A stretch of DNA of 63,359 nt, the filler included, from Reclinomonas americana ATCC 50394 (lineage: Eukaryota), in assembly GCA_048213135.1 (NCBI GenBank). It is 5 parts of 3 records of this genome, joined end to end, with 100 filler letters (N's around TTAATTAATTAA, not from the genome) between each part and the next. Parts side by side here need not be neighbours in the genome. Positions count along the whole stretch, not along the records: positions 22,316 to 49,190 come from PS015024.1; positions 49,291 to 53,788 come from PS015025.1; positions 53,889 to 57,632 come from PS015025.1; 2 more parts are not named here. One strand, given 5' to 3'. The notes below the pieces were generated by a model, which did no database searches, was not told the DNA's origin, and saw nothing but the letters and a program-made list of their open reading frames with translations. A program made the position numbers and the translations under genes. Every line of letters begins with the position of its first letter. The first letter of the stretch is position 1. Below are positions 38,001-55,230 of this stretch, piece after piece.

Positions 38001-41000
38001 TCGACGNNNNNNNNNNNNNNNNNNNNNNNNNNNNNNNNNNNNNNNNNNNNNNNNNNNNNNNNNNNNNNNNNNNNNNNNNNNNNNNNNNNNNNNNNNNNNN
38101 NNNNNNNNNNNNNNNNNNNNNNNNNNNNNNNNNNNNNNNNNNNNNNNNNNNNNNNNNNNNNNNNNNNNNNNNNNNNNNNNNNNNNNNNNNNNNNNNNNNN
38201 NNNNNNNNNNNNNNNNNNNNNNNNNNNNNNNNNNNNNNNNNNNNTCCTGCCAGTGACGATCACGCATACCGGGGCTGCGCAGACTCGTAATGAGCGGCAG
38301 CTGCGGCTTGAACTCCACCACCTGGTTGTAAATCGTCTCGGCGATCGAAGCCAGCTCGTGCTGGCCCGAGTTCTTGAACTGACGAGCTGCACTCGTGGAA
38401 ACCCGATAGCTCGTGAGAAAGAAAGGTGTGCAAGAGAGAAGCGACTGGCTGCGACGCAACTCTGCTTGAACATGACACCATTGACGGTGTTGACGTTCTT
38501 CTCAATCAGTTCCGCGTCCAGCTCCACAAACGGATCATTGTCCCATGAGTAGCGCCACTTGAGCCAGTCATCCGCATTGGTCCACAGGAGGTAGAACGGC
38601 TCAAATTCCTTGACGGTGCCGGCCAGCTTCTGGTACTCGGTCTGCTCCTCGCCAAACAGCACCTCGCGGCTGTTGAACTCCTTGGCACGAGCCTCGCAGT
38701 CGGCCAGATCACGGCGAATGTGCTTGACCTCAGCCGCCACTTCTTGCACCTTGTCGAGATCCGTGTGACGGTTGAAGCGACTGACTTGCGCAGACAGACG
38801 ATCCACGTCCTTGTCGAACACGTGCTTCTCCTGCTCCATGCTCTCGCGGAAGTTGTCTTGCGCCGTGTCCAGGCTCTTCGAGGTCTGCTCCATCAGTATC
38901 TCAATCTGGCGAGGCCAGAACACCGCCGACCACATGCTCTTGAAGTCGTCGTCGGCAATCGGGCACTCCAAATTCTCCAGCATGTCAAAGTACTGGCGCA
39001 TCTCACGNNNNNNNNNNNNNNNNNNNNGATTTCGGAGCAGATTGGCTTTGAGGTGTATCCTGGACGACAGATCAAGACACTACAGGTGCGTGCATGTGAT
39101 CCATCGTCGTCGTCGTCTGCTACGTGCTGCGATCTAACGCTTGAGATATGGTGTGTACAGGATGTCCATCGCCTCAAACTCACCAACTACCTCGACTCGA
39201 TCAACGCTGTGGCCGAGAAGGCCAACAAGGAGTACAACTTGGAGGTGGCGCTTTCCGGCATGCAGTCCGACTGGGCCCCCATCGAGTTCGACGTGGTGCC
39301 TCACAAGTTGCGTGTTGCTTGTTGTTGTCACTCGTCGTTGACATGCTCGCGAGTGCTGACCGCGTGCGTGTGTGTGCCACCAAATCAGGGACAGCGGCAC
39401 GTTCATTCTGCGCGGTCTCGACGACGTGTGGCAGATGCTCGACGACCACATTGTCAAGACGCAGTCAATGGGCTTCTCGCCATACAAGAAGCCGCATGAG
39501 GAGGGCATTACGAAGTGGGACAAGACGCTGAACCGCATCTCCGACATTCTCGACGAGTGGGTCAAGTTCCAGCAGGGCTGGATGCAGAACGAGCCCATTT
39601 TCAGCTCCGACGACATTATGGAGCAGCTGCCGAACGAAGGCAAGAAGTTCCGCGCCATCAACCGCCAGTGGCGCAAGACCATGGACGCCGTCAAGGCGAC
39701 TCCCAATGTGGTGGCCTTTTGCGAAGCCCACCCGCGTCTGCTGGACACCTTCAAGGAGTGCAATGCCACCATTGATGAGATCCAGAAGGGTGAGTCGCGA
39801 CTGAGGGCAAGGGGGGAGGTGTGTGTGGGAAGAATGCGATTTTGCTCACTGCTCCATCAGGACTCAACGAGTACTTGGAGAAGAAGCGTCAGGCCTTTGG
39901 TCGTTTCTATTTCCTCAGCGACGGCGAGTTGCTGGAAATTCTGTCGCAGACTCGCGAACCGCGTGCCGTGCAAAAGTACCTGCGCAAGTGCTTCGAGGCC
40001 ATTTTCTCGCTCGAGTTCGAAAAGGACAACAAGATGACCAAGATGTTCAGGTGTGTTGTGTTGTGTTGTGTTTTCTTGCACTCCCGTGCTGCTCGTGTAA
40101 TAACCGCGACTCGTTCTCTCAGTGGCGAGGGTGAGATGGTTCCGTTCTCACGTGGCATCTACCCGGAGGGCAATGTGGAGCAGTGGCTGTGTGTCGTGGA
40201 GACGGTGATGAAGGAGAGTGTCAATGAGCAAATTCGACTCTCTCTGGAGGACTATCGCATCACTCCGCGTAATGTGCGTTCTCTTGTGTGCGTGTGTCTG
40301 TTGTTGCTCCAGCCTGACACGTGCGCCCTGTTTTCGCAGCAATGGGTGCTGAAATGGCCGGGCCAAGTGGTGCTTGTCGGCTCGCAGACGTACTGGACCT
40401 CCGAAGTGGAGGAGACGCTCAATTCGGGCAAGGATCTCGCCGGCTACTTCAAGCAGTGCCAGGACCAGCTGATTGATCTCACGGCTGTCGTCCGAGGACC
40501 AATGACCAAGTTGCAGCGCATTGCCATGGGTGCCCTCATCACCATTGATGTGCACGCCCGTGATGTGGTCAAGCAGATGGTCGCCGAAAAGGTGTGTGTG
40601 TGTGTGTGTTGCTGCTGTGGGCCGCGTGTTTAGTGTGCGCCTGGCTCACGCACACGCGCGGCATTAGGTGACAAGCACAGCCGATTTCGAGTGGAGCTCG
40701 CAGCTGCGCTACTACTGGAGGGAGAAGGATCTGTACATTCAGCAGGTCGAGGCCAAGTTCATCTACGGCTACGAGTACCTCGGCAACACCATGCGCCTTG
40801 TGATTACGCCGCTGACCGATCGCATCTACCTCACCCTCACTGGTGCCCTGCATTTGCACCTCGGTGGCGCTCCTGCCGGCCCTGCCGGTACTGGCAAGGT
40901 ACGGAACGACGAGTTTCCTCGCTGAACAATGGGGAGACGGAAACTCACCGATTTTTTTGTTGGTTCTGCAGACGGAGACGACCAAGGATTTGGCCAAGGC

Positions 41001-44000
41001 CATGGCCAAGCAGTGTGTCGTGTTCAACTGCCAGGAAGGCCTGGACTATCTGGCCATGGAGAAGTTCTTCAAGGGACTGGCTATGGCTGGTGCATGGGCT
41101 TGCTTCGACGAGTTCAACCGTATCGACGTCGAAGTGCTGTCTGTCGTCGCTCAGCAAATCACCGAGTTGCAGCGTGCCATCTCTCTCGGACTGGCGCAGA
41201 TTCAGTTCGGCTCGTCGATCATTCGTGTCGATCCCTCGTTTGCCGTGTTCATCACCATGAACCCCGGTTACGCTGGCCGGTATGTGATGTTTGGCCTGTC
41301 GTAGAGTTCGCTGCCGAATACCATTGACTCATTTGCCCCCTGCAGTACCGAGCTGCCCGACAACCTGAAGGCGCTGTTCCGCCCCGTCGCGTGCATGGTG
41401 CCCGATTACGCTCTGATTGCCGAAATCCGTCTGTTCTCGTTCGGTTTCGTCGACGCCTACCGCCTGGCACGTAAGATGGTCGCCACTTTCCGCCTCTCGT
41501 CCGAGCAGCTGTCCAGTCAGGATCACTACGATTTCGGCATGCGCGCTGTGACGACTGTCATCAACGCCGCCGGTCTGCTCAAGCGTGATGATCCGAACGG
41601 TGAGTCGCGAGGAGGGGGTATTTATCTGTTGGTCAGTGTGCTGATTTTTTACGACAGGCAATGAGGAGCTGCTGCTGCTTCGTGCGCTGCGCGATTCCAA
41701 CTTGCCCAAGTTCCTCACCGACGATATCACCCTGTTCAACGGTATCATTAGCGATTTGTTCCCGGGTGTCAACTTCCCAGAGCCCGACTACGAGAACCTG
41801 CTGCGCGGCATCAACAATGCGCTGGTGCACTTCAACCTGCAACCGGTGCCTGGTTTCATTGAGAAGACGCTGCAGTTATACGAGATGACAGTGTTGCGCC
41901 ACGGCCTCATGCTTGTCGGTCCAACCGGTTCTGGCAAGACCATGTGCTACAAGGTCCTGCAGCGGTGAGTGGAGAGATACTGCTGCGACATCCCCGCGAA
42001 TCATACTGGAGACGATCCACTCACTCTACCGTTATGTTGTTGTGCAGTGCCTTGACGGAGCTGTGCGATTTGCCGCGCTACGAAAAGGTCAAGACCTTTA
42101 TCCTCAATCCCAAGTCCATCACCATGGACCAGCTGTATGGTGGCTCCGACCCCATGACGCACGAGTGGACCGATGGCATTATTGCAGTGTTGCGTACAGT
42201 AGTTTACTGGTGGTGCCTGTGACTTCTTTCATCTATGATGCTTAAAACCACACTCGCCATCAGGCTGTTCCGCAAGGCCGTGCGTGACGATTCGCCCGAC
42301 AAGAAGTGGATCATTTTCGACGGACCTGTCGACGCGCTGTGGATCGAGTCGATGAACACGGTGCTGGACGACAACAAGAAGCTGTGCTTGGTCAGTGGTG
42401 AAATCATTTCGCTGTCGCCCGAAATGACCATCATGTTCGAGGTGGAGGACTTGGCCGTCGCCAGTCCTGGTGAGTGACGCCTTCCCCTTGTCTATATCTT
42501 TGGCGCTGGTTGTTGCTAACCTCTTGTGTGTGTGCGCGCGCGCAGCTACGGTGTCTCGCTGCGGTATGGTGTACCTGGAGCCCATCATGTGTGTCGGCAC
42601 TCAGGCGCAAGTGACGTCGTGGCTCAACACACTGCCGGAGGTCCTCAAGCCCTTCCGCCAGCAGCTGCAGGAGCTCTTCGACTACTACATGGACGACGCG
42701 CTCACGTTTGTGCGCCGTAACTGCTCCGAGTACATTCCGTCGGTGCCCAACAACCGCACGGCCTCGGTGTTCCGCCTGCTGGATTGCTTCTTCGACAAGG
42801 TTTGTGAGATTTGTTGGCTGCTGCTGCGCGTTGGGTGGGTTCGTGCGCCTCAAAATCTGTTTTTTCTTTTCTGCCAGTTTATCGAGCGAGAAGGCGTGCC
42901 GCGCCCGCAGGCTCTGATTGACCAGCTCGCGCGCATGGTGGAGCCGCTGTTCTTGTTCTCGCTGGTGTGGGGCGCTGGCGGTTCGGTCGATGGCAAGTCG
43001 CGCACCATGTTCAATGAGTACATGCGCGGTCGCATGCGCTCCAAGGGCGTGCGTATGCCGATTCCAGAGGCCAAGAGCGTGTACGACTGGCTCTTTGTGG
43101 AGGACACGTGTGAGTGGAAGGCGTGGATGGAGACTGAGCCTGCGTTGCGTCACTTGTCAAGGAAGAGAAGTGTTGTGTGGCGAGGGTTTTGCTGATTAAT
43201 GGTTGCCTGTGCAGATTTGTGCTCGACCCGAAGACCCCGTTCCAAGACATTATCGTGCCCACCACCGACACCATCCGCTACAAGTGGCTGCTGCAGCACC
43301 TGTGCACTCATGGCAAGCACATGATTGCCATTGGTCCGACCGGTACCGGCAAGACCTTGACGCTGCAGGTGTGTTTGCTGGAAATACACGTTTATGTTTG
43401 TACCATGCATGCGCGCTGACTGGCTTGGCTTGTGTTCGTGCAGGACAAACTGATGAGGGGCATGCCGGAGAGCTTTGTGCCGATCTTTATCAGTTTCTCT
43501 GCGCAGACGTCTGCCAACCAGACGCAGGACATTCTCGACGGCAAGTTCGAGAAGCGCCGCAAGGGTGAGTTTGCATGCAGTGGGGCGCGAACCATCTCCT
43601 GCGCCTGGCACTCACGTGTGTGTGCTCTTTCCCTTTCGCAGGCGTGTTTGGCCCGCTGCCGGGTCAGAACTTCACCATCTTTGTCGACGACTTGAACATG
43701 CCTGCTCGTCAGCAATACGGTGCGCAGCCGCCCATTGAGCTCATCCGCCAGTGGCTCGACCACGGTGGCTGGTACGATCGCAAGTTCCCCGACGATACGC
43801 CTTTCATGCGCATCATCGACGTCAACTGGGTCGGCACTCTCGGACCGCCTGGTGGCGGTCGTAACCCGGTCACCAACCGTATGCTGCGCCACTTTAACTT
43901 TATCACCTTCCCGGAGATGAGCGACGAGTCCATGACGACTGTGTTTAGCACCATTCTCGGTGCGTGATGCGGGAAGAGCGCAAAAGAGAGAGAGAGAGAG

Positions 44001-47000
44001 ACACTCATTCCTCGTTGTGTAGGCACGTACCTTTCGGCCTACTTCCCGCCTGAGCTCGGAGCCATGTGCAAGAACATTGTCGAAGCTGCCGTCACGCTGT
44101 ACAACACCATTGTGGAGGAGTTGCTGCCGACGCCGTCCAAGTCGCACTACACGTTCAACTTGCGTGATCTGGCCAAGGTATGTTCCTAAAGACGATGGTG
44201 TTATGAGTCGCGCAAGACGGCCGCTAATATCTCTCACTCCAGGTGTTCCAAGGCGTGCTGATGGGCGACCCGAAGACAGTGGGCGACAAGAAGGCCTTGC
44301 TGCGCCTGTGGGTGCACGAGTCGCAGCGTGTGTTCCGCGATCGTCTGGTCGACAACATCGATCGCAAGTGGTTCGACGATCAGACCGAGAAGCGGTGCGT
44401 GTGCTTTCGTTCCCCCCCCCCTGAACTCCGCGTGATGGTCGTATTCATTTCGTGTGTCTGTATGTTGTTGCGGCTGTGCAGTCTTCGCAGCTACTTCAAT
44501 CTGGGATACAGCGATCTGGGTGCCGCCGAGCGCCTGCTGTTTGGTGACTTTATGGTGCCGGGTGCCGATCCGCGCATCTACGTGGAAATCAGCGACCTCC
44601 ATCACTTGAAGTCGGTTCGTTGTCTGTGGACCACCCAGAGGGTGTACGTGTGTGCGTGCACGACCTCATCCACGCCCGCAGGTGCAAGAAGAGTACATGG
44701 AAATGTACAACGCCGTCAACTCGAAGAAGCCACTGACCCTGGTGCTCTTCTTGGACGCCATTGAGCACGTCGCGCGTATCTCGCGTGTGTTGCGCCAGCC
44801 GGCCGGCAATGCCCTCCTGCTTGGTGTGGGTGGCTCTGGTCGTCAGTCGCTGACGGCACTCGCTGCGTTCATGTCGGACTACAAGGTGTTCCAGATCGAG
44901 GTGAGTGTGTGTTGACACGAGAGGAGAGAGAGAGACCGTGGTGGCGCTGAATGGTTTCGTTTCCGCAGATTACCAAGAGCTACAGTGTCGCCGATTGGCA
45001 CGAGAACATGAAGACACTGCTGAAGGCCGCCGGTTGCGAAGGCCAGCAGATGGTGTTCCTGTTCTCCGACACGCAGATTGTGTACGAGTCGTTCCTCGAG
45101 GACATTAACGGCATTCTCAACTCTGGTGAGGTGCCGAACCTGTGGGAGGTCGCCGATCTGGAGGAGATTTACGGCGCCATGCGTCAGATTCTTGCCGCCG
45201 CCAACGAGCCGGTGCGTTGACGTGCTTACTCACTCGCTGCGCGCATTTGCTGTGCACCATACTGACTGACTGTGTGCGTGTGTGGGGGTGCAGATTTCCA
45301 AGATCAGCATGATGGCACGCTTCAACAAGCGTGTGAAGCAGAATCTGCACATTGTGCTGGCCATGAGCCCTGTCGGCGAGGCCTTCCGCAACCGTCTGCG
45401 TATGTTCCCGTCGCTGGTCAACTGCTGCACCATTGACTGGTTCTCGGCGTGGCCCGATGAGGCTCTGCGGTCGGTCGCCGTTGCGCAGCTTGGCGACGTG
45501 CGCCTGGACGACTCGCTCAAGCACAACATTGGCGAGATGTGTGTGAACATTCACCAGAGTGTCGAGGAGATCAGTGTCAAGTTCTTGGCCATTCTGCGCC
45601 GCCACAACTACGTGACGCCGACCTCGTATCTGGAGCTGCTGTCGACCTTCAAGACGCAACTGGCGACGCAGTCGGATGCTCTCGGCAAGCAGAAGCGCCG
45701 CTTCACCGTTGGTCTCGACAAGCTGATGTCGACCGAGGTGCAAGTCAATGACTTGAAGGTGTGTCGCGAAATCAAAGTCCCTGATTGCCCTGCATGATAC
45801 TCAAACGATGATGTGTGTGTGCTGCGCAGGATGATCTCGTGCGCATGCAGCCGAAGCTTATCGAGACGCAGAAGCAAGTCGACGAGCTGATGGTGCAAAT
45901 CGCTCACGATACCGAGGAAGCGAGTTGCGTCGATGTGCGCAGCTTGTCGGTGACAAGAGTATGGACTGATGAGAACATTGTTTCTACGCAGAGGCCACCC
46001 AGGAAATTGTGCTGAAGGATGAAGCCGAAGCCACGGCCAAGAAGGAGGAATGCGAGAGCATCAAGGCATCTGCCGAGGCCGAGCTGTCCGTCGGTGCGTA
46101 CTCTTGTTGATCGGTAGTCGCCATGTTACGCTGTTGATGTATTTGTATGCTGACCTGTTTCCTTTGTGCGTAGCCTTGCCGGCTCTCGAAAAGGCGCTGG
46201 TGTCGCTGAAGGATCTGAAGGTCAATGATATTACTGAGGTCGCCAACTACACCATCCCGCCGGCACTTGTGAAGACAACGCTGGAAGCCGTGTGTATCAT
46301 GAAGAAGGTGCCGCCGAAGATGGTCGGCGAAGTCGGTAAGAAGGTGGCCGACTACTGGGACAATGCCAAGGAAATGCTGAAGAAGGCCAACTTGGTGGGT
46401 GGCGTGTGCCTCTGTTTTTTTCCTCACGCTGCTGCTGTTTTTTGCTCATATACGTATGTGTGCGAGCAGCTGCGTGACGAAATGATCAACTTTGACCGCG
46501 ACAACATCCCCGAGGCCATCATCGTCAAGGTGCAACCGTACATCGACAACCCACAGTTCGTGCCCGACCAAGTCGCCAAGAGCTCCAAGGCCTGCACGGC
46601 CATGTGCGCCTGGGTGCATGCCATGTACAACTACCACCACACCAACAAGAAGTTGCGTTTGTCTGACACACAATGGGGGTGTTGGCATAAGCAGGCACTC
46701 ATGACGTGTGTGCGTGTGTGCAGGATCGAACCGCTGCGTGAGGCTCTGGCCAAGGCGCAGGCCGAGCTCGACATTGTGATGGCCAGTTTGGCCAAGACCA
46801 AGGCCAAGCTGACCGATGTGGAGAACAAGCTTGTCGATCTGCAGCTGCAGTACGACGAGAACGTGGCCAAGAAGGAGGAGCTGGAGCACCAAGTCGAGAT
46901 GTGCACCAAGAAACTGGACCGCGCCGAGCGTCTGATTGGTGGTCTCGGCGGTGAGAAGACTCGTTGGCAGGAGCAAGTGGTGCGCTTGGCGATTGCCGAG

Positions 47001-49190
47001 GCCAACATTGTCGGTGACGTCGTGTTGGCCTCTGGTGCCATTGCGTACGCCGGTCCGTTCACGGCCGTGTACCGTGCCGAGCTGTACCAGCAGTGGCGCT
47101 CCAAGTTGGCAGAATTGGGGTACGTTGTCGCCAGCGTCTTTGCAAGTGGCATGTCCGTTTGTGTCTGATCGTGTGTGTGTGTGTGNNNNNNNNNNNNNNN
47201 NNNNNNNNNNNNNNNNNNNNNNNNNNNNNNNNNNNNNNNNNNNNNNNNNNNNNNNNNNNNNNNNNNNNNNNNNNNNNNNNNNNNNNNNNNNNNNNNNNNN
47301 NNNNNNNNNNNNNNNNNNNNNNNNNNNNNNNNNNNNNNNNNNNNNNNNNNNNNNNNNNNNNNNNNNNNNNNNNNNNNNNNNNNNNNNNNNNNNNNNNNNN
47401 NNNNNNNNNNNNNNNNNNNNNNNNNNNNNNNNNNNNNNNNNNNNNNNNNNNNNNNNNNNNNNNNNNNNNNNNNNNNNNNNNNNNNNNNNNNCATTAACAG
47501 CATTCAATGCGACCCCAACGGCGATGTGCGCGCGACACTCGGTGACCCCGTGCAGATTCGTGAGTGGTCCATCTCCGGTCTGCCGTCGGATTCGCTGTCT
47601 ATCGAGAATGCCATTATCTTGTCCAAGGCTCGCCGCTGGCCGCTGATGATTGGTGAGTGGTTGTGGTGGTGGTGCGAGCAACTGAAGGGAATACGTGTGC
47701 TCATTTTTCGACTCGCACAGATCCGCAAGGACAGGCGAACAAGTGGATCAAGAAGATGGAGGGTGAGAAGGGATTGGAGGTTCTGAAGCTGAGCGACAAG
47801 GATTACCTGCGCACGCTGGAGAATGCCATCCAGTTCGGTCGCCCTGTGCTGCTGGAGAACATTGGCGAAGAGATTGATCCGGCTCTCGAACCCGTGCTGC
47901 AGAAGCAGGTATGTTTNNNNNNNNNNNNNNNNNNNNNNNNNNNNNNNNNNNNNNNNNNNNNNNNNNNNNNNNNNNNNNNNNNNNNNNNNNNNNNNNNNNN
48001 NNNNNNNNNNNNNNNNNNNNNNNNNNNNNNNNNNNNNNNNNNNNNNNNNNNNNNNNNNNNNNNNNNNNNNNNNNNNNNNNNNNNNNNNNNNNNNNNNNNN
48101 NNNNNNNNNNNNNNNNNNNNNNNNNNNNNNNNNNNNNNNNNNNNNNNNNNNNNNNNNNNNNNNNNNNNNNNNNNNNNNNNNNNNNNNNNNNNNNNNNNNN
48201 NNNNNNNNNNNNNNNNNNNNNNNNNNNNNNNNNNNNNNNNNNNNNNNNNNNNNNNNNNNNNNNNNNNNNNNNNNNNNNNNNNNNNNNNNNNNNNNNNNNN
48301 NNNNNNNNNNNNNNNNNNNNNNNNNNNNNNNNNNNNNNNNNNNNNNNNNNNNNNNNNNNNNNNNNNNNNNNNNNNNNNNNNNNNNNNNNNNNNNNNNNNN
48401 NNNNNNNNNNNNNNNNNNNNNNNNNNNNNNNNNNNNNNNNNNNNNNNNNNNNNNNNNNNNNNNNNNNNNNNNNNNNNNNNNNNNNNNNNNNNNNNNNNNN
48501 NNNNNNNNNNNNNNNNNNNNNNNNNNNNNNNNNNNNNNNNNNNNNNNNNNNNNNNNNNNNNNNNNNNNNNNNNNNNNNNNNNNNNNNNNNNNNNNNNNNN
48601 NNNNNNNNNNNNNNNNNNNNNNNNNNNNNNNNNNNNNNNNNNNNNNNNNNNNNNNNNNNNNNNNNNNNNNNNNNNNNNNNNNNNNNNNNNNNNNNNNNNN
48701 NNNNNNNNNNNNNNNNNNNNNNNNNNNNNNNNNNNNNNNNNNNNNNNNNNNNNNNNNNNNNGGAGCATGTGTGCACGCGTGTGTGGTGCTCGGTACTTAA
48801 TCCATTGTGCTCGCAGGTGTTCAAGAAGGGCACGTCGCTGATGATCAAGCTCGGTGAGAACGACATTCCGTACAACACCGACTTCCGGCTCTACGTCACC
48901 ACCAAGCTCCGCAATCCGCACTACTCGCCCGAAATCTCCGTCAAGGTCACCCTGCTCAACTTCTTCATCACCACCGATGGTTTGGAGGATCAGTTGCTGG
49001 GCGTGCTGGTCGCCAAGGAGAAGCCGGATCTGGAGCGGCTGAAGAACGAGCTGGTCGTTGAAAACGCGCGCTCGCGCAACAAGCTGCAGGCCATTGAGGA
49101 CCTCATTCTCAAGATGCTCAGTGAGAGTGGAGAAGACATTCTGGAGGAGGAGGATCTCATCAACACGCTCGCCCAATCCAAGGTCACCTC
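35070..49190 (+). CDS. DNAH1: Axonemal inner-arm dynein heavy chain, DNAH1-type; about 42 visible introns, internal gaps, cut after AAA5 by a linker
   Basis: N-terminal [26 protein letters not shown] and [14 protein letters not shown]...[11 protein letters not shown]-loops [24 protein letters not shown] and GVGGSGRQS, then stalk and [19 protein letters not shown]. Confidence 0.93.
38245..39007 (-). CDS. DNAH1: Dynein tail exons on a mis-oriented contig
   Basis: [15 protein letters not shown]...FEPFYLLW...[12 protein letters not shown]. When flipped, it joins 39028 in frame (CAG GA|G ATT TCG = Q E I S). Confidence 0.93.
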
Positions 49191-49290
49191 NNNNNNNNNN
49201 NNNNNNNNNNNNNNNNNNNNNNNNNNNNNNNNNNTTAATTAATTAANNNNNNNNNNNNNNNNNNNNNNNNNNNNNNNNNNNNNNNNNNNN
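49191..49290. other. Artificial scaffold-joining linker
   Basis: 44 N + TTAATTAATTAA + 44 N. Confidence 0.97.
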
Positions 49291-50173
49291 CTTGATCGCA
49301 CCCTCCCACTCCTCAATGTACGCGTCGAGCATTTCCTGTGCCACAGGCGCAACACCGTCAGCATACCACCCGTGCAGAGGCTGCTGCTGCCACGCAACTC
49401 GTGATCGACTCGACTCGGTCGACATGAACACCGAGTAGAGCGTGTTGATCTTGGCCACCACGCTATGCACCGCCACGTACGGAATGCCAAACATGTAATC
49501 ACGCTCCACCTTGACGAAGCGATACGGATGGTTCATGTTGTTCTCCCTCATCTGCGTCACCTGCCGCGTGGCAAACACCGCCGTCTCTCCCTCGGTGGCT
49601 GCGGTAGAATGAGTATCGAGTGCACCAGTCGCATGAGGTGTGCACAACACGCAACTGAGCTCGCCGAGCGACAAGCGCCCAAGAAAGTCCTTGTACGCAA
49701 ACCGATGCACCGGCACACGCACATCATCGGCCACAAAGAAGATGCTGTGAGAGCACAACTTGATGCGTCCTTCCACCTTGCTGAGCAAGTCAAGGGAGAA
49801 TACGATTTTCATCAATGTGATCTTTTCACAGTCGTGCGCACAGAGAGACACCCACTCTCACGCACCGAGTAAAGTCGCCATTGATGTAGAACAAGGCCAC
49901 AAAGTCCTCAAAGTAATACTCGCCCTCACTGTGTGTGTCAATCATTCACCATCATCAGCATCATCATTATCATCAGTTGCTGTTGCGTGCATCACTCCGC
50001 ACAACAATGAACACGCAACGACAACAAGAGCAAGTTGAACTGGGCACACGCAAGAGTGGCGCCCCGACACCGCGTGAGTGAAATGGCAAACCACAAGCAC
50101 AAAACTCACGCACGCGCGGACACACACTCAAACACACACGAACCTGCTCACGGATGCGCGCCACGTTGCTCAT
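49291..50173 (-). CDS. NSMAF: N-terminal exons of the FAN/NSMAF-like protein on a mis-oriented contig
   Basis: QFNLLLLSEGEYYFEDF...KVEGRIKLCSHSIFFVADDVRVPVHRF matches the recalled FAN N-terminus (RFSLLLLxLEEYYFE...GSLKICSKSVIFEPD). Confidence 0.8.
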
Positions 50174-50349
50174 GACGCTCACACCGCCTGCGTGCACTCC
50201 GTCACACACGCAATCGAAGGGACGGGACAAGTGTGTCCCTTCATGCATGATCGCGCGCAAGCAACGCAAAAGAAGTGGAAGTGTGAGCAACGGGGGTGCG
50301 TCTCCCATCCCTCAGCATGTCTCTCGACNNNNNNNNNNNNNNNNNNNNC

Positions 50350-53696
<3,347 letters not shown>

Positions 53697-53788
53697 GAAT
53701 TAAAAGTGAGAAAAAGAACGCATTGCATGTGCTCTCTTGACAGCGTCACTGCTTCGATTCGTCGCATACCTTTACACACAAACATGCA

Positions 53789-53888
53789 NNNNNNNNNNNN
53801 NNNNNNNNNNNNNNNNNNNNNNNNNNNNNNNNTTAATTAATTAANNNNNNNNNNNNNNNNNNNNNNNNNNNNNNNNNNNNNNNNNNNN
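53789..53888. other. Artificial scaffold-joining linker
   Basis: 44 N + TTAATTAATTAA + 44 N. Confidence 0.97.
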
Positions 53889-53948
<60 letters not shown>

Positions 53949-54006
53949 AAGTGAGAGAGACAAGAGAAGCAGCATGGACTGCGCCTACACTTGAGTGACA
54001 CAGACC

Positions 54007-54570
54007 TTTGACACGATTGGTCTCCTGCTGCGACCCACTCCCACCTCGCGCACGATCCGTCGACTGCGTGGAGCTCGCTGTCGATGGTCTCGGCGGCAAC
54101 TACACAAAAAAAAACATGAGCAGCACAAAAAAAACGAGCGGGCCCTCTCACTCATCAACACAAACACACACAACTGCATCAATCGATGTCGACATTCCAC
54201 CGCCCATCGCCGACATGTTAGACAGTGGAGGTAGTGGTGGCGGTGGCGGCGGCGGAGGTGTTGGTGTGCTGCCTGTCCTCAAAGTGCGGTTCTCGACACG
54301 ATACACTCCGCCTCCGTTGCTCACTGCTGGTGAGCTTGCCTGCATGAGCACCTGCTGCTGTTGCTGCTGTTGTTGTTGTTGATAGTACATTTGCTGCTGT
54401 TGCTGGAGCTGCTGGAGTGTCTGTGGTGGCGCGGGACCGGCGCGAGGTGGAGGTAGAGTGGAGGAGGAGGAGGAGGATGACATGATGCCGCTGCCATTGG
54501 AGCCGCTGCCAGAGGAGGAGAACGAGAGGCGGCCGTTGACGGAGGCGGCAGGGGAGGCTGCGTATGCCAT
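54007..54570 (-). CDS. 5' fragment of a gene with a polyS/polyQ/polyP N-terminus; product unknown
   Basis: ATG at 54570 and an intron starting at 54174 (A|GTTGTGT). The second exon ends ...SQQETNRVK, then a donor. This weakly suggests a kinesin motor start but cannot be supported further. Confidence 0.5.
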
Positions 54571-55230
54571 GCGTGCGCGCGTAAAAGTGGAGAGTGTGAT
54601 GGATTTGGCCGGTCGATGGAAATTCGGTCGATGTGTACAGTTTTTTTTTGCGATTCAGGTGCGGATCGGCACGAAGCGGGCTGGAGTAGCTGGTGCTTGG
54701 AAGAGATTATTATACGCATGCTTGTGCTGGTCTCGCTGCCGGTCCGCGATGTGGATTTCAAGCATTGCGCAATTAATGGAAATTCGATTTCGATTTCGAT
54801 TTCAAATGCATGCTGTAAGCTGTTTTCCATCCTTCCCCGAACTGAATTCGATTGCAATTGGGCTTCGCGTCGTCGTCTCATCGTTGACATGCACGACCGG
54901 CGAGCCGATCGCCAGTCCTCGACTTCCAGTTTTCGAATTTCCTCATCACTGATTTGTGGATGCATGCAGGTCCACTACTCCCGGCGCGCATCCGGCTCCC
55001 GCACGCGCCTCGCCTCGCCTCGCCCAAGCCATTCCCCAACTTGCATGTTCCTTGAATTTTCATGTTCGTGAGCTTTCATATCGCGAGCAACAAAGTCCGA
55101 CAATCCTCTCAATCGCAACAGGTGCGCGCATCGCGACGAAACACTCCTTTGCTCATTTGTGTCAGAGAACACACCACCACTCACTTTGTGCGGCACCTCC
55201 AGACACCCCACACACAAACACAGGCAAAAA

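Noticed and set aside
38007-38244. Dynein appears to lack part of its tail, and the FAN-like gene lacks its PH domain and BEACH start (at 50329-50348)
   Set aside because: Both absences fall on N gaps next to mis-oriented contigs where gap sizes are unreliable; this is not evidence of deletion or pseudogenisation.
54781-54805. TTCGAT tandem triplet in a divergent intergenic region as a promoter element
   Set aside because: It is a single occurrence, and I could not find a matching conserved motif in the other spacers.
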